NCBI GenBank assembly: GCA_045592465.1
Contig: JAZNUW010000110.1
Coordinates: 1-56,722 of the forward strand
DNA from: Acutalibacteraceae bacterium
GTDB taxonomy: Bacteria; Bacillota; Clostridia; Oscillospirales; Acutalibacteraceae
Direction of reading: 5' to 3'
Length of the DNA: 56,722 bases
Shown here: in pieces, positions 1 through 9,103 of the stretch
Layout: each line of letters begins with the position of its first letter
Numbering within the stretch: the first letter of the stretch is position 1
The notes under the pieces: model-generated
The model's database searches: none
What the model saw: the letters and a program-made list of their open reading frames with translations, nothing else
What the model was told of the DNA's origin: nothing
Translations under genes and position numbers: made by a program

Positions 1-257
1 AAGGTGCTATTACTGCCTGTACCGCCAAGAAGAGGAACACGTCCGTTAATCTTCTCTTTGGCAAAGGAAAACAGCTTTAAACGCTCCTGCACACTCAGTG
101 TTGAGCCTTCGCCTGTTGTTCCGCAAACAATAATAGCATCCGTACCGTTTGTGATTTGAAATTCTATAAGCTTTGCAAATCCCTCAAAATCGATTTGTCC
201 TTCCTTGTCAAAAGGTGTAACAATTGCAACACCGCTGCCAACGAAGAGGGGATTCAT
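1..257 (-). CDS. dapA: 4-hydroxy-tetrahydrodipicolinate synthase, N-terminal fragment (gene continues past the left edge)
   Basis: Own minus-strand translation from ATG at 257: MNPLFVGSGVAIVTPFDKEGQIDFEGFAKLIEFQITNGTDAIIVCGTTGEGSTLSVQERLKLFSFAKEKINGRVPLLGGTGSNST. The GTTGE and GTGSN motifs and the overall pattern match DapA N-termini. AAGGAGG lies at 263-269 directly after the asd stop. Not in the ORF track because it is truncated. Confidence 0.85.
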   Translation of the reverse strand, partial: MNPLFVGSGVAIVTPFDKEGQIDFEGFAKLIEFQITNGTDAIIVCGTTGEGSTLSVQERLKLFSFAKEKINGRVPLLGGTGSNST

Positions 258-268
258 TAAAAGCCTCC

Positions 269-1357
269 TTAGTCCATATAGCCCTCAGCTGCAAGAAGCT
301 CTGCAAGAAGAACTGCACCGCCTGCTGCACCTCTGAGAGTGTTGTGTGAAAGACATACAAACTTGTAGTCATACTGTGAATCTTCACGAAGTCTGCCGAT
401 TGAAACAGCCATACCGTTTTCAAGAGTACGGTTAAGCTTGGTCTGAGGCATATTGTCTTCTGTGAAATAGTGAAGGAACTTTTTGGGAGCTGAGGGAAGA
501 TCTAATTCCTGAGCTCTGCCTGAATAGTTTTCCCAGACCTTGATGATTTCTTCCTTTGAAGGCTTCTTGCCGTCTTCAAAGCGCATAAACACTGCACCCA
601 TATGACCGTCTGAAACGGGAACTCTGATGCACTGAGCTGTGAAAGCGGGAGATGTTGCATTCTTGATTACGCCATCTTCAACAGTACCCCAAAGCTTTAA
701 GGGCTCCTGTTCGCTCTTTTCTTCTTCGCCACCGATGAAGGGGATAACGTTATCAACCATTTCAGGCCAGCTTTCAAATGTCTTGCCTGCACCTGAAATT
801 GCCTGATATGTGCAAACGAGAACTTCCTTTACGCCATATTCCTTATCAAGAGGATAGATAGCGGGAACGTAGCTCTGAAGTGAGCAGTTTGACTTAACAG
901 CAATAAAGCCTCTCTTTGTGCCGAGTCTCTTTCTCTGATCTTCGATAACCTTGATGTGGTCAGCATTAATTTCGGGCACAACCATGGGAACATCTGCTGT
1001 GCCTCTGTGAGCGCAGTTATTTGAAACAACGGGACACTCAGCTTTTGCATATGCTTCCTCAAGTGCTCTGATTTCATCCTTCTTCATGTCAACAGCGCAG
1101 AAAACAAAGTCAACTGCTGCAGCAATTTCATCAATGTCTGCTGTTGCATCCTTGACAATAAGGTCAGCAAGCTTTTCAGGCATTGCATCAGCAATTCTCC
1201 ATCTGTTGCCAACTGCTTCCCTATATGTTTTACCGGCTGAACGTCCGCTTGCAGCGAGAACCTTAACATCAAACCAGGGATGGTCTGCAAGGATTGTTGC
1301 AAATCTCTGACCTACCATACCGGTTGCGCCGATAATACCTACATTGAACTTTTTCAT
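269..1357 (-). CDS. asd: aspartate-semialdehyde dehydrogenase
   Basis: 362-aa ORF with N-terminal Rossmann motif GIIGATGMVGQR, an active-site Cys in SNCS, and C-terminal HNTLRGAAGG. Followed by dapA in the same orientation. Confidence 0.93.
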   Translation of the reverse strand: MKKFNVGIIGATGMVGQRFATILADHPWFDVKVLAASGRSAGKTYREAVGNRWRIADAMPEKLADLIVKDATADIDEIAAAVDFVFCAVDMKKDEIRALEEAYAKAECPVVSNNCAHRGTADVPMVVPEINADHIKVIEDQRKRLGTKRGFIAVKSNCSLQSYVPAIYPLDKEYGVKEVLVCTYQAISGAGKTFESWPEMVDNVIPFIGGEEEKSEQEPLKLWGTVEDGVIKNATSPAFTAQCIRVPVSDGHMGAVFMRFEDGKKPSKEEIIKVWENYSGRAQELDLPSAPKKFLHYFTEDNMPQTKLNRTLENGMAVSIGRLREDSQYDYKFVCLSHNTLRGAAGGAVLLAELLAAEGYMD

Positions 1358-1409
1358 TTGAGTACACCTCTTTTAAACTAATAAAATCTCATTATTTTGC
1401 ATAAAACTG

Positions 1410-1438
1410 TTGCTAAATTCAGCATTATGCACTATAAT
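1410..1438 (+). promoter_or_regulatory. sigma-A-type promoter candidate for queA-tgt
   Basis: TTGCTA (1410-1415), 17-nt spacer, TATAAT (1433-1438), about 100 nt upstream of the queA ATG. Confidence 0.5.
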
Positions 1439-1454
1439 ATAAATTAACTTTTAT

Positions 1455-1483
1455 ATAATATCACTTATTTCCCGATTAGTCAA
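1455..1483 (-). promoter_or_regulatory. sigma-A-type promoter candidate for asd-dapA
   Basis: Minus strand TTGACT (1483-1478), 17-nt spacer, TATTAT (1460-1455), about 95 nt upstream of the asd ATG. Confidence 0.5.
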
Positions 1484-1543
1484 TTTAATTTGGCTAAATT
1501 TTTATGGGTTTAATAAGATTTGAAAGGATATAACAAAAATAGA

Positions 1544-3711
<2,168 letters not shown>

Positions 3712-3738
3712 AAATTGTGTAAAGTTTTTTAATATTAC

Positions 3739-3767
3739 TTGTATTATGACATTTAATCTGTTATAAT
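3739..3767 (+). promoter_or_regulatory. sigma-A-type promoter candidate for yajC
   Basis: TTGTAT (3739-3744), 17-nt spacer, TATAAT (3762-3767). Confidence 0.45.
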
Positions 3768-3802
3768 ATTGCCTGTTATTTTATATTTTGGAGGAAAATC
3801 AA

Positions 3803-4198
3803 ATGAATTTATTTGGTCAAGGCGCAGCCGAACAGGGCGGTTCATCAATGTCAATGATTCTTATGATGGTTGGTCTTTTTGCACTTATGTATTTTATGAC
3901 AATCCGTCCTCAGAAGAAGAGACAGAAGGAAGAGCAGGAAATGCGTAATGCTGTTGAAGTTGGCGACGAAATCACAACTATCGGCGGTATCTGCGGCAAG
4001 GTTGTAACTGTTAAGGAAAATCACCTTATCATCGAAACAGGTGCTGACAGAAACAGAATGCAGATCACACGTTGGGCTGTTCAGCAGAACAACACTGCAA
4101 CAGAAAGACTTCAGGCTGAAAGAGAAGCTGCTAAGGCTGCTGCTGAAAAAGCAAAGGCTGAAAAGAAGGCTGCTAAGAGCAAGAAGCACGAAGATTGA
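3803..4198 (+). CDS. yajC: preprotein translocase subunit YajC
   Basis: ORF 3788-4198. ATG 3803 follows GGAGG (3790-3794). One TM helix followed by RPQKKRQKE and VGDEITTIGGICGKV, the typical YajC core. Lys/Ala/Glu-rich tail. queA-tgt-yajC synteny. Confidence 0.9.
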   Translation: MNLFGQGAAEQGGSSMSMILMMVGLFALMYFMTIRPQKKRQKEEQEMRNAVEVGDEITTIGGICGKVVTVKENHLIIETGADRNRMQITRWAVQQNNTATERLQAEREAAKAAAEKAKAEKKAAKSKKHED

Positions 4199-4221
4199 TC
4201 TTTGTAATATTTAAAAATCGT

Positions 4222-4264
4222 CTCTCATATTCATTTAACAGATGAATTATGGGAGGCTTTTTTT
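4222..4264 (+). terminator. rho-independent terminator after yajC; its 3' arm contains the RBS of the next gene
   Basis: Stem CTCTCAT+ATTCAT (4222-4234), loop TTAACAG, then ATGAAT+(T bulge)+ATGGGAG (4242-4255), followed by GC and T7 (4258-4264). GGGAGG at 4251-4256 is also the Shine-Dalgarno for ATG 4265. Confidence 0.65.
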
Positions 4265-4681
4265 ATGCCTGTTAAAAGAAGTAATAACAAAAAGAAAATA
4301 TCTGAAAATGTCTATACGGATGTATTTTTCAGAACTCTGCTGTTCTCTTTGATTGCATATGCTGCTTCGTTTCTTATATTCTGCCTTATTGCATATATTA
4401 CTGATCTAAACGATAAATTTGATTTTGCTGTCAGCTTGTTATCCTTTGCTGTCGGTTCCTTTGTTACAGGCTTTTTCGCAGGAAAAAAACTCGGAAAGAA
4501 CGGTCTTGTTTTCGGTGCGGTGTTTTCTTTGCCTATTAATTTAATCATAATTTTTATATCACTTATATCCAACAATTTCAGCGCAACACCTAATATTGTA
4601 ATAACCGCTGTTTTATTGTTAGTTTCTTCAGCCTCAGGCGGCGTGGTTGCAGTTAATTCAAGATACAGAAGGAGAGGGTAG
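4265..4681 (+). CDS. small integral membrane protein (conserved hypothetical)
   Basis: 138-aa ORF with a basic N-terminus (KRSNNKKK), three to four hydrophobic helices and a basic C-terminus (RYRRRG). GGGAGG RBS. No enzymatic motif recognised. Confidence 0.6.
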   Translation: MPVKRSNNKKKISENVYTDVFFRTLLFSLIAYAASFLIFCLIAYITDLNDKFDFAVSLLSFAVGSFVTGFFAGKKLGKNGLVFGAVFSLPINLIIIFISLISNNFSATPNIVITAVLLLVSSASGGVVAVNSRYRRRG

Positions 4682-4685
4682 TACC

Positions 4686-5306
4686 TTGAAAATAAGTGCC
4701 GTGTTTCCTTCTCTGAACTCTAAGATGTCAGCAAACAAATCGCCATATCTTTTGTTAGCATTCTGCTCGTTGTTGTTTGGTCTGATAGCAGGTGTAGCAG
4801 TATATTATTTTTGTGATGAACTTATTTCAGACACCTTACCGAAATATTTTCTTTCGTTTTCAACTGAATTCAATTATAAAAGCAAGCCCGAAATTTTATC
4901 CGGACTTGCAGTTTATAATCTGATATATTTTTTTGCTCTTCTTGTTCTGAGTACCAGCGCTTTAGGCGCACCGATTATACTGTTTATAAGCTTTATCAAA
5001 TCTGCAGGTTTAACGCTCGTTGTTTCGCACATATATGCTGTCTATGCTCTTAAAGGTATCGAATACTGTCTGCTTGTCTTCCTGCCGGGAAAAGCTGTTT
5101 TGCTCTTTGCAATGCTTCTATATACGCAACTGTGCTGCAAAACGAGCACGAAAATTGCATCAGTAATTCGCGGAAATTATTCTGATGATAAAAACATAAA
5201 ACCGTATATAGCAAGAGTTATTATAGTTATTCTTTTGTTTATGTTTTCAACTCTCATGGATTTTCTGACAATTATAAGCTTTTCATCACTTTTCGCTTTT
5301 GGGTGA
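4686..5306 (+). CDS. spoIIM: stage II sporulation protein M-like membrane protein
   Basis: ORF 4647-5306. TTG 4686 lies 7 nt after GGAGAGGG (4671-4678); the alternative ATG 4725 has no RBS. Polytopic membrane protein of SpoIIM size, adjacent to a Xer-type recombinase as in Bacillus (spoIIM-fur-xerD neighbourhood). The assignment rests on synteny and topology only. Confidence 0.55.
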   Translation: MKISAVFPSLNSKMSANKSPYLLLAFCSLLFGLIAGVAVYYFCDELISDTLPKYFLSFSTEFNYKSKPEILSGLAVYNLIYFFALLVLSTSALGAPIILFISFIKSAGLTLVVSHIYAVYALKGIEYCLLVFLPGKAVLLFAMLLYTQLCCKTSTKIASVIRGNYSDDKNIKPYIARVIIVILLFMFSTLMDFLTIISFSSLFAFG

Positions 5307-6290
5307 TTCACCGCTCAGAGGGTTGCTTTTTGCAGCATCTCTGAGTTGTTTATTTTCCAGGTGTGTATATATCTCTGTTGTGGCTAGGTTCTCGTGGCCT
5401 AGGACTTCTTTAATGACAAGAGTGTCAACACCGCCATGCTGATACATAAGAGTGGCTGCCGTATGTCTTAATTTATGTACCGAATAATGCTGACCGTCAA
5501 GGCCGATTTTCTCGAGCTGCTTATATACCATAAGCTGTACAGCCTGTCTGCCGATACGCTTATTGAGTCGGCTGACAAACAGCGCCTTCTTTGCATCAGG
5601 ATCCTTCAATGAATCATGTGGACGTACACTGAGATATGCCTTAATGGCATTAATACAGGCACTGTTAAGATAGACAACCCTTTGTTTGTTGCCTTTACCT
5701 GTTACAACCATAGTTTCATTTTCGAAGCTGATATCTGTAATGTTGAGCCCGACAAGCTCAGCAAGACGAAGTCCGCAATTCAGGAATAAAGTAAGAATGC
5801 AATAATCGCGTTCCATATCCTTGCCGCTGACACTGTCAAGAAGCGCAATGCTTTGTTCAAGTGTCAGGTACTTAGGCAGTGCCTTTTTGCTGGTTGCAAC
5901 CTGTAACTGTGACATAGGATTCTTTTCAATATAGTTCATTTTTTCACTTATATATTTGAAAAAGCCTCTGATTGAAGATGCTTTTCTTGCTCTGGCTTTG
6001 ACATCGTTATGTCTGACTTCACTGCAATAAAGCAGAAATTCAGTTGCATTTCTCAAGGTGACCTTGCTCAGATAATCCGTATCGATATATGACAGGTCAT
6101 GTTGTTTTCTGCTTTCATCGGGGGAGAGGGCGGTGTCTTTGTTTTCCAGAAAGCAAAAAAACAGATAAAGATCTGTAATATACTGCTCAACAGTTGCTTT
6201 TGAACGAGCTTTAACAATCATCAGCTCGCTTATATATTCATCAACCAAAGGCGGCAGAAGCTTTCTGTCTAAATTAATATTTTTTAGCAT
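5286..6290 (-). CDS. site-specific tyrosine recombinase, XerC/XerD family
   Basis: 334-aa ORF. Catalytic signature: R in NCGLRLAEL, HKLRHTAAT (HxxR), LGHENLATTEIYTH (H and the nucleophilic Y). N-terminal SAM-like core-binding domain. About 35 aa longer than the roughly 295-300 aa of classical XerC/D. The 3' end overlaps spoIIM by 21 nt. Confidence 0.9.
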   Translation of the reverse strand: MLKNINLDRKLLPPLVDEYISELMIVKARSKATVEQYITDLYLFFCFLENKDTALSPDESRKQHDLSYIDTDYLSKVTLRNATEFLLYCSEVRHNDVKARARKASSIRGFFKYISEKMNYIEKNPMSQLQVATSKKALPKYLTLEQSIALLDSVSGKDMERDYCILTLFLNCGLRLAELVGLNITDISFENETMVVTGKGNKQRVVYLNSACINAIKAYLSVRPHDSLKDPDAKKALFVSRLNKRIGRQAVQLMVYKQLEKIGLDGQHYSVHKLRHTAATLMYQHGGVDTLVIKEVLGHENLATTEIYTHLENKQLRDAAKSNPLSGESPKSEK

Positions 6291-6326
6291 AAGTTATAAG
6301 CCTCAATTCGATAAATTTATAATTCA

Positions 6327-6355
6327 ACTATACAAAATTTTGAGATAAAAGTCAA
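6327..6355 (-). promoter_or_regulatory. sigma-A-type promoter candidate for the recombinase gene
   Basis: Minus strand TTGACT (6355-6350), 17-nt spacer, TATAGT (6332-6327), about 35 nt upstream of ATG 6290. The -10 lies inside one copy of the repeated arm. Confidence 0.55.
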
Positions 6356-6377
6356 GCAGAAAAATATTTTGTATAGT
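6327..6377. repeat. inverted pair of 12-nt arms ACTATACAAAAT / ATTTTGTATAGT separated by 27 bp
   Basis: 6327-6338 and 6366-6377 are perfect reverse complements. They share the core CTATACAAAA with the palindrome at 6984-7015 and bracket the -35/-10 of the recombinase promoter. Confidence 0.85.
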
Positions 6378-6983
6378 ACGCTTGCACTTATCAAAGGGTT
6401 GGATATTGCCATAGATAGCAAATGGGTGGCCGATTATACATAATATTTAACTATGCGCTGCTGTTAACGTATAGCAGTTTAATGAAGCAAAATATAACCC
6501 TAGTTGTAATTCTTAGAAAAAAACTTGCAGGTAATCCAATACAATATAAAAATAATCCATAAAACGAAAATTTGCCGTTTGATGGATTTTTCCTGAACGA
6601 TGCTCAGGTCATTCAAATAATTTCTATTAAACGGAAAATTTCTGTAAAAACGAGACAAAAGACTAAACAAACAATTATTTTTATTAATGCATCAAAAATA
6701 TTAAAAATATCGCTTAATCAGATTATATAAAACGACCTGAGGTTCAATAAGAATAAAACTATCAAATGAAGCTTTTCTTTGATACAGATTTTTAATGAAT
6801 ATTATGAAGCTCATTAAACTGAAGCAAAGAAATTATATTATAAAAATTCAACAAGGTTAATTGAAATAAACAACAATAATAATATTATAATGAAAGAAAA
6901 AGTGCAAAACCGAAAACTAACATGCTCGCGATTGAAAATGATATGTCGTCATATTTAGCTGCAAACAATTCAATTACTCCCCT

Positions 6984-7015
6984 CTACTATACAAAACATT
7001 CATTTTGTATAGTAG
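6984..7015. repeat. perfect 13-6-13 palindrome CTACTATACAAAA-CATTCA-TTTTGTATAGTAG
   Basis: 6984-6996 is the exact reverse complement of 7003-7015, with a 6-nt centre. The arm sequence matches that at 6327-6377. Confidence 0.9.
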
Positions 7016-7097
7016 GATATAAAATTTTACTAAGGCACATATTTACGCTCGCCTATTGCTTTTTTAAAATTTAAATTTGCAATACGACTTATTATTG

Positions 7098-7127
7098 TTG
7101 CTTTTTATGTTTGATATATGATAGAAT
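7098..7127 (+). promoter_or_regulatory. sigma-A-type promoter candidate for the ABC-F gene
   Basis: TTGCTT (7098-7103), 18-nt spacer, TAGAAT (7122-7127) preceded by TGa (extended -10). Leaves only a roughly 25-nt leader before ATG 7160. Confidence 0.4.
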
Positions 7128-7159
7128 AAGTGAAACTGATTTTAAGGAAATAGTAAAAA

Positions 7160-9058
7160 ATGCAGATCAAGATTCAAAACGGTGTCGTTGACTTATCCGG
7201 CGAGCCGATTCTTAAAAAAGTAAATATAGAAATTAACACCGAAAGCAAGATTGGTATTGTCGGAAGAAACGGCTGCGGTAAGACCACCTTGCTTCGCCTT
7301 ATTGCAGGCGAATTGCAAATTTCAAAGGATGAACCTGAATTGCAGTCGCAACACATTGTTTCCGGCAAGCCTGTTATCGGCACATTAAGTCAGATGGCTT
7401 TTAAAGATAACTCGATATCAATGCTTGAGGAAATAAGAGGCGCTTATACTCATATTATTAAAATGAAGGATGACCTTGAGCGACTTCAGACAGAAATGAA
7501 CGACGAACCCACACAGGAAAATATTGACTCTTACACTACCCTACTGGATATTTTTACTGTTGAAGGCGGATTTTATTTCGAAAAGGAATATGAGGCTGCT
7601 ATCAAACGTTTTGGTTTCAGTGAATCAGATAAACACAAGCCCTTGTCTGATTTTTCAGGCGGACAGCGCACAAAAATCGCTTTTCTGAAGCTTTTGCTTT
7701 CAAAGCCCGATCTGCTTTTGCTTGACGAGCCTACAAACCATCTTGATGTTGATGCAGTTGCTTGGCTCGAGGAGTATTTATCTTCATATAAAAAGGCCGT
7801 TGTTGTTGTTTCTCACGACCGAATGTTTTTGGATAAAACCGTAAAAATCATATATGAAATTGAGCACGGCAAAACTTATAAGTATAACGGTAATTATTCA
7901 GATTTCATTCAGCAGAAGCAGATTTTAAGGCAGCAGCAGGCTAAGGAGTACGAGGCACAGCAAAAGGAAATTGCAAGACTCAATGAGCTTGTCGAGCGCT
8001 TCAGATATAAGCCCTCAAAAGCTGCTATGGCGCAGTCAAAGCTTAAGCAAATTGAACGCATGGATCTTATTGCTCCACCCGACAGCTATGATAATAAGGT
8101 ATTTCATACAGAGTTTCAGCCCACAATACGCAGCGTAAACGACGTTCTGACTGTCAGAGAATTAAGCATTGGTTATGACTCTGAGCTCTCAAAAGTCAGC
8201 TTTGACCTGAAGCGCGGTGATCATGTCGGAATTATCGGCGGTAACGGCCTTGGCAAGTCCACACTCCTTAAGACTCTTGTTGGAAATATTCCTCAGTTAA
8301 GCGGTGATTTCATTGTCGGAGGATCTGTAAAGATAGGTTATTTTGATCAGCAGATGGCTCAGTATTCAAGTAGCAATACCGTACTCGCTGATTTTCTGAA
8401 TGAGTTTCCTAATCTCAGTGATTTTCAGGCAAGAAGTGCTCTTGGTGCCTTCCTTTTCAGCGGAGAAGATGTGTTTAAAACCGTTGATATGCTTTCAGGC
8501 GGCGAAAAGGTACGACTTGCGCTTTGCAAAATTTTTAAAAGAAGACCTAATTTCCTTATTCTTGACGAACCTACAAACCATATGGATATCCTCAGCAAAG
8601 AGAATCTTGAAAACATTCTGTCAGAATATGAGGGTACTCTCCTGTTTGTTTCCCATGACAGATATTTCATAAAAAAGGTTGCTCATCAGATTCTTTCTTT
8701 TGAAAACGGCGGAACCAGATTATATAAATTTGGCTATGATGAATTTATGCAGGCACAGTCCCCTGCCACGACACAGACAGAAAATGTGCCTGTCAGCCCC
8801 GTAAAGGCACAAAAAAAGAGCTTTACTACCCCGCTTAAAGAAAAGTCACGTCGTGAAAAAGCTCTAAAAAAAGCCGAAGAAACCGTTGAAAAATTAGAAA
8901 ACAGGTTGGCTGAACTTGAAGAAGAGCTTGCCGACGAAAACGTTCAGAGTGATTATATCAGGCTCGGTGAGCTTCAGAATGAAATTTCTCTGGTTTCAGA
9001 GCAGCTTGAAGAAGCAATGGCTAATTGGGAGAAGCTGGCCGAGGAAAGCGAAATATAA
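7160..9058 (+). CDS. ABC-F family ATPase (translation-associated, no membrane domain)
   Basis: 632 aa with two ABC cassettes: Walker A GRNGCGKTT and GGNGLGKST, signatures FSGGQRTK and LSGGEKVR, Walker B LLLLDEPTNHLD and FLILDEPTNHMD. Charged inter-domain linker and C-terminal coiled-coil tail. Confidence 0.9.
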   Translation: MQIKIQNGVVDLSGEPILKKVNIEINTESKIGIVGRNGCGKTTLLRLIAGELQISKDEPELQSQHIVSGKPVIGTLSQMAFKDNSISMLEEIRGAYTHIIKMKDDLERLQTEMNDEPTQENIDSYTTLLDIFTVEGGFYFEKEYEAAIKRFGFSESDKHKPLSDFSGGQRTKIAFLKLLLSKPDLLLLDEPTNHLDVDAVAWLEEYLSSYKKAVVVVSHDRMFLDKTVKIIYEIEHGKTYKYNGNYSDFIQQKQILRQQQAKEYEAQQKEIARLNELVERFRYKPSKAAMAQSKLKQIERMDLIAPPDSYDNKVFHTEFQPTIRSVNDVLTVRELSIGYDSELSKVSFDLKRGDHVGIIGGNGLGKSTLLKTLVGNIPQLSGDFIVGGSVKIGYFDQQMAQYSSSNTVLADFLNEFPNLSDFQARSALGAFLFSGEDVFKTVDMLSGGEKVRLALCKIFKRRPNFLILDEPTNHMDILSKENLENILSEYEGTLLFVSHDRYFIKKVAHQILSFENGGTRLYKFGYDEFMQAQSPATTQTENVPVSPVKAQKKSFTTPLKEKSRREKALKKAEETVEKLENRLAELEEELADENVQSDYIRLGELQNEISLVSEQLEEAMANWEKLAEESEI

Positions 9059-9064
9059 AAAAAT

Positions 9065-9100
9065 AATCACCGGAAGTCCTAAAGATTTTCGGTGATTTTA
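9065..9100. terminator. bidirectional rho-independent terminator between convergent genes
   Basis: AATCACCGGAAG (9065-9076) pairs with TTTTCGGTGATT (9086-9097), including G-U pairs. T-run follows on the + strand and A-run precedes it. Confidence 0.6.
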
Positions 9101-9103
9101 ATT

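Noticed and set aside
5286-6290. Tyrosine recombinase as a prophage or ICE integrase marking a mobile element.
   Set aside because: No flanking phage, conjugative or cargo genes and no tRNA target are present, and both neighbours are conserved chromosomal genes. Adjacency to spoIIM matches the Bacillus xerD neighbourhood. It is better explained as a chromosomal Xer-type recombinase.
6422-6562. 46-codon + strand ORF (MGGRLYIIFNYALLLTYSSLMKQNITLVVILRKKLAGNPIQYKNNP) in the gene desert.
   Set aside because: There is no Shine-Dalgarno within 15 nt of the ATG, and the composition simply reflects AT-rich DNA. It overlaps the dif-like sequence and is probably fortuitous.
6327-7015. Invertible promoter switch (fimS or Cdi-type) flanked by inverted repeats.
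   Set aside because: Both repeat sites are themselves palindromic, so they do not define an orientation. I could not place a strong outward-facing promoter inside 6378-6983. The xer and ABC-F genes each have their own promoter candidates outside the segment. This idea is not excluded and is kept as an alternative under the findings, but it is unsupported from a single sequence.
7160-9058. ABC-F protein as an antibiotic-resistance (ARE) gene controlled by a leader-peptide attenuator in the long upstream region.
   Set aside because: The best promoter candidate (7098-7127) leaves only a leader of about 25 nt. No leader ORF plus terminator/antiterminator pair is visible immediately upstream. Nothing in the sequence distinguishes it from housekeeping ABC-F paralogues.
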